From positions 6,016,001-6,080,000 of the forward strand of contig OZ244065.1 in NCBI GenBank assembly GCA_965215505.1: a DNA stretch of 64,000 nt, written 5' to 3'. Origin of the DNA: Capsulimonadaceae bacterium. GTDB taxonomy: Bacteria; Armatimonadota; Armatimonadia; Armatimonadales; Capsulimonadaceae. Positions 47,671-57,842 of this stretch are shown one piece after another. Under the pieces are notes generated by a model. That model had not been told where the DNA came from, did no database searches, and saw only the letters and a program-made list of their open reading frames with translations. The stretch's first letter is position 1, and every line of letters starts with the position of its first letter. Made by a program: the position numbers and the translations under genes.

Positions 47671-48546
47671 ATGGAGAAGGAAACACTGCTCGACGCCAAA
47701 CAGGTGGTCGCCCTCATGGAAACCGAGCCGGTCGTCGTCATTGACACCCGCGCCCCCGAGGAGTACGCCGCCGCCCACATCCCTGGCGCGGTCAATATCC
47801 GCGAGATCTTCAGCTTCCTCGCCACATCCACCCCCGAGGGCCTGGTCACGATGCACCAGACATTCGCCACGCTTCTGGGCGATGCCGGCCTGTCCGGGGC
47901 GGAACACGCGGTCATCTACGAAGATGCCATGAACAACGGTTATGGCCAGTCCTGCCGTGGGTACTTCCTGCTCAAGTATTTGGGCTACTCCAAAGTCTCC
48001 ATTCTGCATGGTGGGCTGAAGGCGTGGACCGATGCGGGCTTACCGGTCACGGCGGAGGCTTCCACCCCCGAGACGAAGAACTTTCCGCTGAATGTGGACG
48101 AATCACTGATGGTGACGACGCCCGAGATGCTGAAGTCGCTGGATGACCCTTCCATCGTCAAACTGGACGTGCGCGACTGGGATGAATGGGTCGGTGAAAG
48201 CTCCTCGCCCTACGGCAAGGACTTCACCCCGCGCAAGGGGCGCATCCCCGACGCCGTCCTGATCGAGTGGTACACGCTGATGAAGCCCGCCTCGGACGTG
48301 CCCATGTTCAAGTCTAAGGAGGAGATCAAAGAGATCGCCGCCAAAGTAGGCATCACGCCGGACTCGACCGTGAACATCTACTGCTTCAAAGGCGCGCGCG
48401 CTTCCAATACCTTCGTCGCGCTGAACGAGGCCGGGATCAAGAACGTCAAGATCTACTTCGCCTCCTGGAACGAGTGGTCCCGCGACTTCTCGCTGCCCAT
48501 CGAGGAGGGAGCGCCCGACCCCAGCCGCCCCGCCGTCCGCGCCTGA
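47671..48546 (+). CDS. Tandem-domain rhodanese / sulfurtransferase
   Basis: HIPGAVN, LHGGLKAW, GRIPDAV, YCFKGARAS, YFASWNEWS. Confidence 0.9.
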   Translation: MEKETLLDAKQVVALMETEPVVVIDTRAPEEYAAAHIPGAVNIREIFSFLATSTPEGLVTMHQTFATLLGDAGLSGAEHAVIYEDAMNNGYGQSCRGYFLLKYLGYSKVSILHGGLKAWTDAGLPVTAEASTPETKNFPLNVDESLMVTTPEMLKSLDDPSIVKLDVRDWDEWVGESSSPYGKDFTPRKGRIPDAVLIEWYTLMKPASDVPMFKSKEEIKEIAAKVGITPDSTVNIYCFKGARASNTFVALNEAGIKNVKIYFASWNEWSRDFSLPIEEGAPDPSRPAVRA

Positions 48547-48584
48547 CCGCTTGGAAACTGACCACTTAGAACTGGAAACCCGTC

Positions 48585-49718
48585 ATGCCCGCAGCCCTCG
48601 CCTGCGATATACCGGCTTTTGAGACCGTCATGGCCGACCTGAGCGATGCCATCGCCCAGGACCTGCGGCCGAATGTCGCCGAAATCGACGCGCGCGGATT
48701 CTACCCGCGCGCGTTCATGCAGCGCGTCGGCGCATTGGGCGGCTTCGGTCAGGCCGTCCCGACCGAGTATGGCGGGTCGGGGCGCGGCATGGCTGGCACC
48801 ATTCGGGTCATGGAGGAGGTCTCCAAGGACTGTCTGAGTACCGGCTTCTGCGTCTGGTGCCAGACGGTCTGCGGCTGGTACATCCAGAACGGCGCAAGCG
48901 ACTTCTTGAAACGGGAGTTCCTGCCCAAAGTGGCTGACGGGAGGATGCTGGCGGGGACCGGGCTGTCCAACCCGATGAAGCACTTCGCGGGCATCGAGAA
49001 GATCCGCGTCACCGCCACGCGCGCTCCGGGCGGCTTCAAGGTGAACGGCGCACTTCCCTGGGTCTCCAACGCCGGCACGGACCACTGCTTCGCCTTCGTC
49101 GCCCAGATCGCCGGGGAAGAGGCGTACCTGATGGCTGTGACGCCTGGCGATGCGCCCGGCCTGACACTCGGGGACGGCGGCCACTTCATCGCTCTGGAGG
49201 GCAGCAGCACCCACAATGCCGTCTTCAAGGACATGTTTCTGCCCGAGGAACAGATCCTCGCCGCCCCCTGCAAGGATTACGTCGCCCGCATCCGGCCCGG
49301 CTTCATCCTCGCCCAGTCCGGCTTCGGACTCGGCCTGATCGCGAGCTGCGTGGACCTGATGCGCCGCTCGAACGAACGGGTTGGCCACGTCAACCAGTTT
49401 TTAGACGACGGCGCGGACGAGATCAAGGCGGACTTGCAGGAGGCCCGTTGCCGCACTTACGCCCTGGCCGACCAGATCGGCTGCGGCGAAACGGCCTTGG
49501 GGCCGGAGGCGACGCGCGAGGCCATCCAGTGCCGCATCCTCGCCTCCGAGCTGTCCCTGCGCGCCTCGCAGGCCGCCATGCTGCACACCGGCGCGGCGGG
49601 CTACCGCATCGGCGCGGCGGCGGAGCGCAAGCTGCGCGAGTCCTACTTCGTCGCCATCGTCACGCCCGCCCTTAAACACCTCAAGAAGCTCCAGAACGAC
49701 ATGAAAACAGCAGTATGA
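48585..49718 (+). CDS. Acyl-CoA dehydrogenase-family flavoprotein
   Basis: PTEYGGSG, GTGLSNPMK, NGALPWVSN, RKLRESYFVAIVTPALKHL. Confidence 0.85.
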   Translation: MPAALACDIPAFETVMADLSDAIAQDLRPNVAEIDARGFYPRAFMQRVGALGGFGQAVPTEYGGSGRGMAGTIRVMEEVSKDCLSTGFCVWCQTVCGWYIQNGASDFLKREFLPKVADGRMLAGTGLSNPMKHFAGIEKIRVTATRAPGGFKVNGALPWVSNAGTDHCFAFVAQIAGEEAYLMAVTPGDAPGLTLGDGGHFIALEGSSTHNAVFKDMFLPEEQILAAPCKDYVARIRPGFILAQSGFGLGLIASCVDLMRRSNERVGHVNQFLDDGADEIKADLQEARCRTYALADQIGCGETALGPEATREAIQCRILASELSLRASQAAMLHTGAAGYRIGAAAERKLRESYFVAIVTPALKHLKKLQNDMKTAV

Positions 49719-49756
49719 CAAATAACAACAACTAAGACTAAGGGGACACGAACAGA

Positions 49757-50246
49757 ATGTGCATCATGCGGGGCGGAGACGAAGAAACGCCGAACGCGCT
49801 GAAAGGCGACGGCCTGACGCACCATCTGGTGGAAGAGTCGGTGGGCCAGGCCGTGTTCGGGGGTGAGGCGAACTGGCGTGAGTTCATCCGTCTGGTCGGG
49901 GCGGCGACCGCCTCCGCCGTGCTTGCCTCGGTGTTCCCGATGGAAGCGGCCAAGGCCCTCGTCTCAGACCCGATCGGGCCGCTGGAGAAGCGTGACCTGA
50001 AGATCGGTTTCATCCCCATCACCTGCGCTGCGCCGATCATCATGGCCGCTGGGGAGTGCTTGGGTCGCCATCGTCGCTGTGGAGGCCCTGCTGTCCTCAC
50101 CGGGCATCGGCTACTTCCTGTGGAACGAGTACAACAACCTGAACCTGAACAGCGTCATCCTGTCCATCATCCTGATCGGCCTGCTCGGCGTCCTGCTCGA
50201 CGGTGTCTTGGGCTTTCTCGCCAAGCGCGTCACCTACGCCGAGTAG
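49757..50246 (+). pseudogene. Deletion-fused remnants of an NrtA/CmpA-type binding protein (N-terminus) and an NrtB-type permease (C-terminus)
   Basis: LEKRDLKIGFIPITCAAPIIMA ends at about 50048; another frame then reads LGSAWVAIVAVEAL..GIGYFLWNEYNNL...IGLLGVLLD..TYAE*. Confidence 0.8.
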
Positions 50247-50273
50247 AGCAGCATTTTCAGTTCCTATAGAGGT

Positions 50274-51105
50274 GTGTTAGCGATTTTAGAGATCGAGCGC
50301 GTGACCAAACGCTTCCCTGAGCAGAGCGGGAACGGGACGCTGTGCGTCTTCCAGGACGTTTCCTTCCAGACCGAGGCGGGCGAATTCGTCACGATGGTCG
50401 GCCATTCGGGCTGCGGCAAGAGTACGATCCTGAACATCATCGCTGGCCTGGACAAAGCCTCCGAAGGCCACGTCATGCTGGAAGGGCAGCGCATCCGCAA
50501 GCCGGGGCTGGACCGGATGGTCGTCTTCCAGTCGTTCGCCCTGATCCCCTGACTGACCGCCTACGAGAACGTCCGCCTGGCCGTCGCCTCCGCCCACAAG
50601 GACTGGGACGGCGCACAGATCAAGGCGCACACCGAAAAGTACCTCGCCATCATGGGCCTGGCCGGGCCACAAGCGCCCCGCTGCCCTCTCCGGCGGGATG
50701 CGCCAGCGCGTCGGCCTGGCCCGCGCCTTCGCCGTCGGCCCCAAAGTGCTGCTGCTGGATGAGCCGTTCGGCCAGATCGACGCCCTGACGCGCGGCATGA
50801 TCCAGGATGAGCTGGTGCAGATGTGGACCGAGACGCAGAACACCGTTTTCATGGTGACGCACGACGTGGACGAAGCGATCCTGCTCTCCGACAAGATCGT
50901 GCTGATGACGAATGGCCCACGGGCGCGCATCGTCGAGATCGCCATCCCGCGCCCCCGCCGCCGCGAGACGATTATTGAACACCCCCTGTACTATAAGATT
51001 CGTAACCACCTGCTGCACTTCCTCATCGAGCGCTCCTACCAGCTCCAGCAGGAAGACTGGACGCCGAGCGAGGCACCCCCGCCCCTGGTGCAGATGACGG
51101 TCTAA
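50274..51105 (+). pseudogene. NrtD-type ABC ATPase, disrupted
   Basis: GHSGCGKST, VFQSFALIP*LTAYENV (TGA at 50550-50552 where Trp is expected), frameshift near 50665 before LSGGMRQRV, LLDEPF, VTHDVDEA. Confidence 0.85.
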
Positions 51106-51106
51106 A

Positions 51107-51148
51107 CAAAAAAGCCGCCTCGGAGAATATCCCCCGAGGTGGCTCTGC
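51107..51148 (-). terminator. Intrinsic terminator after the TPR gene (possibly bidirectional)
   Basis: aaaaaagccgcctcgg...ccgaggtggct stem with an A-run on the + strand. Confidence 0.6.
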
Positions 51149-51168
51149 TTTGTCCGGTCCCCCCGCCG

Positions 51169-52452
51169 TCACCCGCGCCGCTTGAGGAGCAGCGCCGCCC
51201 CCTGCCGGGCTTCCGCGTCCTGCGGCAGCAGGGCCAGCACCTCCTGCCACTCAAAGATGCCGCGCGAGAGCCGCCCGTGGGCCTGGCACCAGCGGGCAGC
51301 CTGGCGGTGGCGGGAGGGGTCGTTCGGGAGCGTACCCGCCAGGATCACTAGCCGGTTCCATCCTGCGCCTTCTACGGTCGCGCGCAGGTCTTCCGCCAAA
51401 ATATCCCTCCCCCGTGCGCCCTCGCCCTGACCTATCAGCAGGCGGCCCAGGCGGAAGCGCAGCCCGGCCAGGCCGGGGTCGAGCGCATAGGCGCGTTCCC
51501 ACTCGCGGCGCGCATCCGCGTCCGCCCCGGCATCCCGGTAGGCCAGGCCAAGCGTGTAGTGCGCCCCGGCATTGTCCGGGTCGAGCGACAGACACTGCCG
51601 CGCGGCCCGCATGGCGGGCGCGCGATTTGCCTGCCCCTCCCTCGCCTGGGCCTGTCCCAGCAGGAGGGCGGCCTGCTGGGCATAGAGCCTCGGCTCCTGC
51701 GGGGCGAGGCGCAGGGCGTCCGTGACAGCCTGGAGGGCTTCTTCGTCGCGCCCAGACACGTTCAGGTTCTCGGCCACAAGCGAAGCGATGTGCCAGTCGT
51801 CGGGCCGCAGGCGGCGGGCGGCTGTCAGTTCCCGTATCGCGTCCGGGCGATCCCCTCCCTGGATCGCGTCCAGCGCCAGAGCGAGGTGTATCTCGGGAGC
51901 GGCGGGCGCAAGGGCCACGGCGCGGCGGAGCAATGCATGGGCCTCGGGCTGCCAGCCGATCTCGGTATCCAGAACCGCCAGGCGCAGCAGGGTTTGGGGC
52001 GAGTCGGGCGCGAGCCGCCGCGCCTGCCGGGCTAAGGCAACCGCCCGGTCAATGTAGCCGATCTGCTGGTACAGGCCGGCCGCCGCGTCGGCAAGTTCGG
52101 GCGAGCGCATGGCCGTCGGCTCCAGGGCGCGGAGCTGCGCCGATGCACCGGGGATGTCCCCGCTCTGGGTGAGCTGCTGTGCCAGGGCAAGCCGGGCGTT
52201 GGGGTCGGAGGGGGCGGCGCGCAAGGCATCCTGGGCGCGGCTCAGGTCGGCCTTCGCCTGCTGGAGCTGCTGGAGGTATGCCTGCTGGCGGGAGGCGTCG
52301 CGCCGCAGGGCGGACGCCTCCCGCCAGTTGCGGATCTGCCAGGGCAGGGAGGTGAGCGAGCCTAGCACGACCAGGGTGAGGAGCGCGAGGAGGAAGCGTG
52401 AACGGGGACGCGCCCCTGGAAGGGGGCGCGTCCCGGAGGGGCGGGGCGTCAT
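51169..52452 (-). CDS. Membrane-anchored tetratricopeptide-repeat protein
   Basis: N-terminal TM and multiple A..L.P TPR repeats. Confidence 0.8.
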   Translation of the reverse strand: MTPRPSGTRPLPGARPRSRFLLALLTLVVLGSLTSLPWQIRNWREASALRRDASRQQAYLQQLQQAKADLSRAQDALRAAPSDPNARLALAQQLTQSGDIPGASAQLRALEPTAMRSPELADAAAGLYQQIGYIDRAVALARQARRLAPDSPQTLLRLAVLDTEIGWQPEAHALLRRAVALAPAAPEIHLALALDAIQGGDRPDAIRELTAARRLRPDDWHIASLVAENLNVSGRDEEALQAVTDALRLAPQEPRLYAQQAALLLGQAQAREGQANRAPAMRAARQCLSLDPDNAGAHYTLGLAYRDAGADADARREWERAYALDPGLAGLRFRLGRLLIGQGEGARGRDILAEDLRATVEGAGWNRLVILAGTLPNDPSRHRQAARWCQAHGRLSRGIFEWQEVLALLPQDAEARQGAALLLKRRG

Positions 52453-52471
52453 GGGAGGCGACTCCAGGGCG

Positions 52472-53332
52472 CTACTGCGTTACGCCATATAGGTGGATGG
52501 TCGTCTGGTCGGTGCGGAAGTACTTGGCATGTCCGTCGGCGAACCCGATGTTGTTGCCGGTACCGGCATGACGCGAATAGGCGTCATAGGTCCCTGGGAA
52601 TGGCCCCAAATAGGCAGTCGTATAATAATTCGGGATGTTGTTGTTCGTGTCCCCGTTTGGGTAGGCCACGCGCGTGATCCGCTCTGCCTGACGAGAATCC
52701 CCCTGAGGGTTTCCCGCCGCTTTCAGGGCTTGCCAGTCGCCGTAGCCGTCGTACCCGCTCAGAAGGGTTCGGCAGTCCGCGACGATGAATGTGTCTGCGG
52801 GCGTGTCTATCTGTGACAGGCCGGGATTGGAGTTAAAGAGAGGCTCGTTGCCCCCGTAGCTCATGACTGCGGTCGTCATTGGGGCATACATGCCGTCGGC
52901 GATGACGGGGATGTTGTCCGCAACTGCGGCTCCGTTGCTGGGCTGGAACCAGTTGCCGTACCCCTTGGCGATGTTGGTATTTGGATCGTCGGGACAGTGG
53001 TAAGCGCCAGGGGCCTTCACGAACGGGTAGATAGCGTTGCACCACAGAGCGGTGGCGTTGTTGGGTGTGGAACCGGCTGCTGAAGCCCCATAATAGTTAG
53101 TGCCCCACTGCCACTGCGGGAACTTCTCGTCGGCATCCTGGCAGTACTGGGTCAGGGCCAGCGTGAGCTGCTTGATGTTTGAGGCGCAGGAGGCGCGGCG
53201 GGCGTTCTCGCGGACTTTTTGGAAAACTGGGAAGAGGATGGCGGCGAGAATCGCGATGATCGCAATAACCACAAGCAGCTCGATCAGGGTGAAGCCCTGT
53301 CTTTTCGGGGAGCTTCGTTGCTTCGATTTCAT
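52472..53332 (-). CDS. Prepilin-type N-methylation / DUF1559 pseudopilin-like protein
   Basis: [38 protein letters not shown]-terminal [12 protein letters not shown]. Confidence 0.92.
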   Translation of the reverse strand: MKSKQRSSPKRQGFTLIELLVVIAIIAILAAILFPVFQKVRENARRASCASNIKQLTLALTQYCQDADEKFPQWQWGTNYYGASAAGSTPNNATALWCNAIYPFVKAPGAYHCPDDPNTNIAKGYGNWFQPSNGAAVADNIPVIADGMYAPMTTAVMSYGGNEPLFNSNPGLSQIDTPADTFIVADCRTLLSGYDGYGDWQALKAAGNPQGDSRQAERITRVAYPNGDTNNNIPNYYTTAYLGPFPGTYDAYSRHAGTGNNIGFADGHAKYFRTDQTTIHLYGVTQ

Positions 53333-53474
53333 GATGGGGTCCTCTCAGTGCGGACATCGGGCGAGGTAAGATGACACCATCTTATCATATAAGTCTTATA
53401 GTGTCAAGTGCTATTTTGTAGTGCCGTACAATACCCGCGAGTGGACAGTCCTGCCGGGCCGATACTCCGCCAGC

Positions 53475-55391
53475 CTATCCCGTGGGCGGCTGGGGCCAGC
53501 GGCTGAGGTCGGTTCCCGCCAGCCTGTCCTGAACCGGCTTGGCCGCCTCCGACAGGGCAGTCAGCTGCAAAGTGACGTCGAGGGCGACGCGCCCCGAGGC
53601 GGGGGCAGTCACGGCGGCGGTGAGCAGGCGGAAGCCGGGGTTGGGGGCGTCAATGGCTGCGGGGGGCGGGTCCGCCGGGATGACCTCGAACCGGGCATCC
53701 GCCGACGCCTGGAGGCCGACGCGCAGGTGGCGGCCATTCTCGGTCAGGAGGGCCGCAGGGGCATCAGACGCATCAGAAACGGTGATCTCGGCCCTGGTGA
53801 GCATCGCCCAGCGCACCGTGTCGCCCGGACGGAGGCCCTCGATCTCGTCCCGGATCAGGACGTGACCGCCGGGGCGGAACAGGAAGCCGCGCGTGACGCG
53901 GGCGGCCTGCCCCGCAAAGACCGGCGAGAGGTCCACGACCGCGCCCGCGTCGGCGGCCCCCGAGAAGTGGGTGATCGCGGCCTGCCCATCCACGCGGTGA
54001 TGCTGCCCGTTGACGGTCAGGGTGCTGTGGCTGAGGTTGTTGAGCCGGAAGACGTCCCAGCGCCCCGAAACCTGGGCGGTGTTCCACAGGTCCACACCCT
54101 CCGACTCCAGCGAAAGGTAGTCCTGCATTCCCAGGTCGTGCCCCCAGCGCACGCCGTCCGCCTCGAAGACGAACGAGCCGGCGTCCATGTGGGCGTGACT
54201 CAGTGCGGCCTTGCCGCCCTTCAGGGCCAGAAACATCGCCCGCAGGTCGTCCCAGGCGCTCCGAAAGACGGCCAGCGGGTTGGGGCCGCGCCCGTACCAG
54301 TTCAAGTCCTGTTCTGTACTGGCGTTTGCGTCCGGCGTGTCTGGCCACCAAAGGGCGGCGAGCGGCAGCAGGCGGTCTTCTTCGGTGTCCGGCCGGGCGG
54401 GGCGCGTCGAGTCCGCGTAAAGTCGGAGGCCGGCCCGCTCGGAGCGCAGCAGGTCGGGGCGCCTCAAGGTGTGGGCGAACCACCACAGGGCGGGTTCCAT
54501 GCCCGGATGCTCGACGCCGTCGGAGAAGTTGAAGTAGCTGCCGCTCGGCCCGAGCAGCCGGAGGAGGGCGTCGGCACTCGTCAGGAAGCCGGGGCTGCGG
54601 CTCAGGCCCCAGTCCGTCCCCAGCGCGGACTCAAGTGCCGCCAGCAGGACGGCCTGGAACAGAGTGCCGTAGCCCCAGTACATGGGGCCTTCGGGGTAGA
54701 CGCCGTCGGGCGCGTAAGGCTCCATCCCGCGCGGATTGTTCCGGCGCGTCTTGCCCAGGATCTGGGCCGCAAGTGCCGGCTCCTCCTCGGCGACCGCCAG
54801 CGCGCCCAGGGTCAGGCCGCCCAGGCAGACCGCGTTCCAGTTGTTCGCCGAACTCGCCCCGGCGTCGTGGGCCAGACCCGCCCGCAGGCCCTTTTCGGCG
54901 ATGGCGTCGGCGATAGCCGTGCGCGTGTCTGTGTCCAAGATGTCGTACAGCCAGTCGTAGCCGAAGGCTAGGGCCGCCGTCATCTCGCCGACATCCAGGA
55001 AATGGCTGGGGTTCCAGTCGGCGAATGCCGCCGCCGCCAGCATCTCCCGCCCGGCGCGCTCTGCCAGGGCGGCGTCGTCCGTCAGGTGGAAGTGCAGGGC
55101 GAGCAGGAGGACGCGCCGCAGAGCCACGCGCGAGACATGTAGGAGCCGCTTCCCGTCCTTCTTGTAGGCGACGGGTGGGGCGGGGAGGATGGCCCGCGCC
55201 TCGACCTCGCCGCGCCGCAAGAAGGCGTCCAGCAGGGCGTCCCCGCCCCGCCGCACTTTGATCGCCCCCCACGTCCCCGCCGAGGCCAGCAGTCGCGGGT
55301 GGCCGGGCCGGAGCGAGGCGAGCGGATCGTCGGGGTCCGCCTGGTCTTGGAGTGCCTGGCGGGCCGGATGTTCTTGCGGCGTGTCTCCCAT
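53475..55391 (-). CDS. Heparinase II/III-family polysaccharide lyase-like protein
   Basis: HPRL, WNPSHFLD, NNWNAVC, YPEGPMYWGYG, HAHMDAGSF, HSTLTVNG. Confidence 0.85.
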   Translation of the reverse strand: MGDTPQEHPARQALQDQADPDDPLASLRPGHPRLLASAGTWGAIKVRRGGDALLDAFLRRGEVEARAILPAPPVAYKKDGKRLLHVSRVALRRVLLLALHFHLTDDAALAERAGREMLAAAAFADWNPSHFLDVGEMTAALAFGYDWLYDILDTDTRTAIADAIAEKGLRAGLAHDAGASSANNWNAVCLGGLTLGALAVAEEEPALAAQILGKTRRNNPRGMEPYAPDGVYPEGPMYWGYGTLFQAVLLAALESALGTDWGLSRSPGFLTSADALLRLLGPSGSYFNFSDGVEHPGMEPALWWFAHTLRRPDLLRSERAGLRLYADSTRPARPDTEEDRLLPLAALWWPDTPDANASTEQDLNWYGRGPNPLAVFRSAWDDLRAMFLALKGGKAALSHAHMDAGSFVFEADGVRWGHDLGMQDYLSLESEGVDLWNTAQVSGRWDVFRLNNLSHSTLTVNGQHHRVDGQAAITHFSGAADAGAVVDLSPVFAGQAARVTRGFLFRPGGHVLIRDEIEGLRPGDTVRWAMLTRAEITVSDASDAPAALLTENGRHLRVGLQASADARFEVIPADPPPAAIDAPNPGFRLLTAAVTAPASGRVALDVTLQLTALSEAAKPVQDRLAGTDLSRWPQPPTG

Positions 55392-55437
55392 TTGGCCCCT
55401 AATTAGCGTTGCTCGGCGCTCTCATGCCGGGACATCC

Positions 55438-56124
55438 TCAAGTCTTCATCACCGCCCCGAACACGACCACCAGCCCCAGATCAAACACCAGCCCGTGCCA
55501 CAAGATCGGAACGATGATCGAGCGCGTCTGCCGGTACAGCCAGGCGAAGAAGACGCCCGCCGCTACGATCGCAAGCACCGTCGCCTCGGCCCAGCCGGGG
55601 CGCAGCAGCAGGCGCAGGACGAGGTAATGCCAGGCCGCGAAGGTGAACGCCGTCCACACAGCGCCGACCGTCCAGACCGCCTCGCTCGTCCCGCGCAGCT
55701 CGTTCAGGACGACCCCGCGCCAGAACAGCTCCTCCAGGATCGCGTTCACCAGGACGAAATAGACGCCGAAAGGCAGAAGCCAGGCCGCGTGGAAGCCGCG
55801 CGTGGTGACGATGGAGGGGATGTCGGTCGCGTCCAGAACCCGTTTGCCGATCTCGGCGTAGCCGAACAGGGACAGCGGCACGACGCACACCAGTGCGGCC
55901 AGCAGGACCGCCCACTGCCGCAGCGTCGGCCAGCGGACGGCCCCGCGCCATAGCCGCCGGCCCCACAGGGCGGCGGGCAGCAGGCAGCAGCCGTGGTACA
56001 GGAAGAAGGTCCAGGCGATGCTGTCCAGCCGGTACATCCCCAGCCAGACGGCGGGCCAGGGCAGGAGGGTGAGCAGGACGACGATCGCCAGGCGTCGTCG
56101 GGCAGGGTGTGCGGGCAGGGTCAT
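55438..56124 (-). CDS. CPBP (CAAX/Abi) intramembrane metalloprotease
   Basis: LEELFWRG, FAAWH, ILWHGLVFD. Confidence 0.85.
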   Translation of the reverse strand: MTLPAHPARRRLAIVVLLTLLPWPAVWLGMYRLDSIAWTFFLYHGCCLLPAALWGRRLWRGAVRWPTLRQWAVLLAALVCVVPLSLFGYAEIGKRVLDATDIPSIVTTRGFHAAWLLPFGVYFVLVNAILEELFWRGVVLNELRGTSEAVWTVGAVWTAFTFAAWHYLVLRLLLRPGWAEATVLAIVAAGVFFAWLYRQTRSIIVPILWHGLVFDLGLVVVFGAVMKT

Positions 56125-56289
56125 GACGGCGTTACGATAGCATTTTACGGAGGGGGCTGTCAAGGGAACCCCGCCCGCCCGCCGCCTGTTAAATGGTAAG
56201 CATGGGCTGAAACGAGCGGGGCCGACCGCGCCCCGCCAGTCCCAGCCAAGTAACCCTAGGCAAGTAATTCTAAGACAAGAGGCCATTCG

Positions 56290-57270
56290 GTGACAACTCC
56301 CAACTTTAGCCCCGACGCGAGCGAGCCGCGCAACGTCGTGATCATCGGCTCCGGCCCCGCCGGACTGACGGCGGCCATCTACGCCGCCCGCGCCAACCTC
56401 AGCCCGCTGGTCATCGAGGGCGGGGCACCCAACCTGCCCGGCGGCCAGCTCATGATCACCTCGGACGTCGAGAACTTTCCCGGATTCGCCAACGGCATCA
56501 TGGGGCCGGACCTGATGGACCAGATGCGCCAGCAGGCCGCCCGCGTCGGCGCGGAGTTCCTGACGGAGAACGTCAGCGCCGTGGACTTCTCGGAGCGCCC
56601 GTTCCATATCCAGACCGAGGAGGGCAAGGCATTCCGGGCCAAGACCGCCATCGTCACGACCGGTGCCTCGGCCAAGTGGCTGGGCCTGCCGACCGAGACG
56701 GCCCTGTACGGCAAGGGCGTGTCCGCCTGCGCCACCTGCGACGGTTTCTTCTTCCGCAACCGCGAGGTCGTCGTGGTCGGCGGCGGGGACACGGCCCTGG
56801 AAGAAGCGAACTACCTGAGCCGCATGGCCTCCAAAGTTACCGTCGTGCATCGCCGGGACACCCTGCGCGCCTCCCACATCATGCAGAAGCGGGCGATGGA
56901 CAACCCGAAGATCCACTTCGTCTGGGATACCGCCATCAAAGCGATCCATGACCCCGACGCGGGTAAGGTGACCGGCCTGACGCTGCACAACCTGAAGACC
57001 GATGAAGAAAGCTTCTTCCCGACCGACGGGGTCTTCATCGCCATCGGCCACACGCCGAACACCAAGCTGTTCGCCGGGCACCTCGCGATGGACCCGCAGG
57101 GCTACATCATCACCACGCCGGGCCGCCCCCTGACGAGCGTTGCTGGCGTCTTCGCGGCGGGCGACGTGCAGGACACCGAGTACAAGCAGGCCATCACGGC
57201 GGCCGGCTCGGGCTGCCAGGCCGCCATGGACGCCGAGCGCTTCCTAGAAGAGCAGGAGCAGGGCGAGTAG
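56290..57270 (+). CDS. trxB: Thioredoxin reductase
   Basis: GSGPAG, GGQL, ACATCDG, GGGDTALEEA, HRRD, QAITAAG. Confidence 0.96.
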   Translation: MTTPNFSPDASEPRNVVIIGSGPAGLTAAIYAARANLSPLVIEGGAPNLPGGQLMITSDVENFPGFANGIMGPDLMDQMRQQAARVGAEFLTENVSAVDFSERPFHIQTEEGKAFRAKTAIVTTGASAKWLGLPTETALYGKGVSACATCDGFFFRNREVVVVGGGDTALEEANYLSRMASKVTVVHRRDTLRASHIMQKRAMDNPKIHFVWDTAIKAIHDPDAGKVTGLTLHNLKTDEESFFPTDGVFIAIGHTPNTKLFAGHLAMDPQGYIITTPGRPLTSVAGVFAAGDVQDTEYKQAITAAGSGCQAAMDAERFLEEQEQGE

Positions 57271-57286
57271 GAGGGGTGGACGGAGG

Positions 57287-57318
57287 GGCCGGGCGCGGGA
57301 TGCGTCCGGCCTTTTTTG
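57287..57318 (+). terminator. Intrinsic terminator after trxB
   Basis: ggccgggcgc-gggat-gcgtccggcc followed by TTTTTT. Confidence 0.8.
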
Positions 57319-57401
57319 ATTCGTAACATTCGCTTGGCAGCCTGCGTATGCCGTGAATAGTACAGATGTTACGCGCCCTCGGGGGCATCATAAACGGGGG
57401 A

Positions 57402-57543
57402 GGACGAGTGATTGAAATCACTCGCTCCACTCGGACTTGTCCAGGGGACAGAAGGGGGGAGGGGCCAGACGGCATTCTCCCATCCCTTTCCTCTTGTCCC
57501 CTGGACAAATCCGGCGGCAGCGAGTGATTTTAATCACTTGCTC
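57402..57543. repeat. REPIN-like element, family D copy 2
   Basis: ggacgagtgattgaaatcactcgct / agcgagtgattttaatcacttg; inner tgtccaggggaca / tgtcccctggaca. Confidence 0.85.
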
Positions 57544-57700
57544 GGCTCCCCGCGCTGTCCTTTCCGCCGCCGAGAAGGCTTTCGGACAGCCCGCGCAGAT
57601 GCCCGGCATGGGCAGCATCGAGGAAGTGCGGGCACCCCGCGCCGCCGGCCTCCGCCGGTGTAGACCGGGCGCGCGATGCGCCGGGCCTTTTTTGCCGCCC

Positions 57701-57730
57701 GGCAGGTAAACCCGCCCCGTGCGGCGAATA
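57701..57730 (+). promoter_or_regulatory. Putative SigH-like promoter GCAGG-N18-CGAA upstream of the ECF sigma gene
   Basis: 25/30 nt identical to 62759..62788. Confidence 0.5.
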
Positions 57731-57842
57731 CTGACGCCGGCACAACAGCGAAACCATTTAACATAACCCCAGGACCGAATGGGGCGGGCACCAGGGGGCC
57801 GGGCCACACTGCTTCTGACGGGACTCCCAGGAGGCGACTATT

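Noticed and set aside
55438-57081. 547-aa ORF as one protein
   Set aside because: Only 55438..56124 has CPBP motifs; the rest is the antisense of trxB
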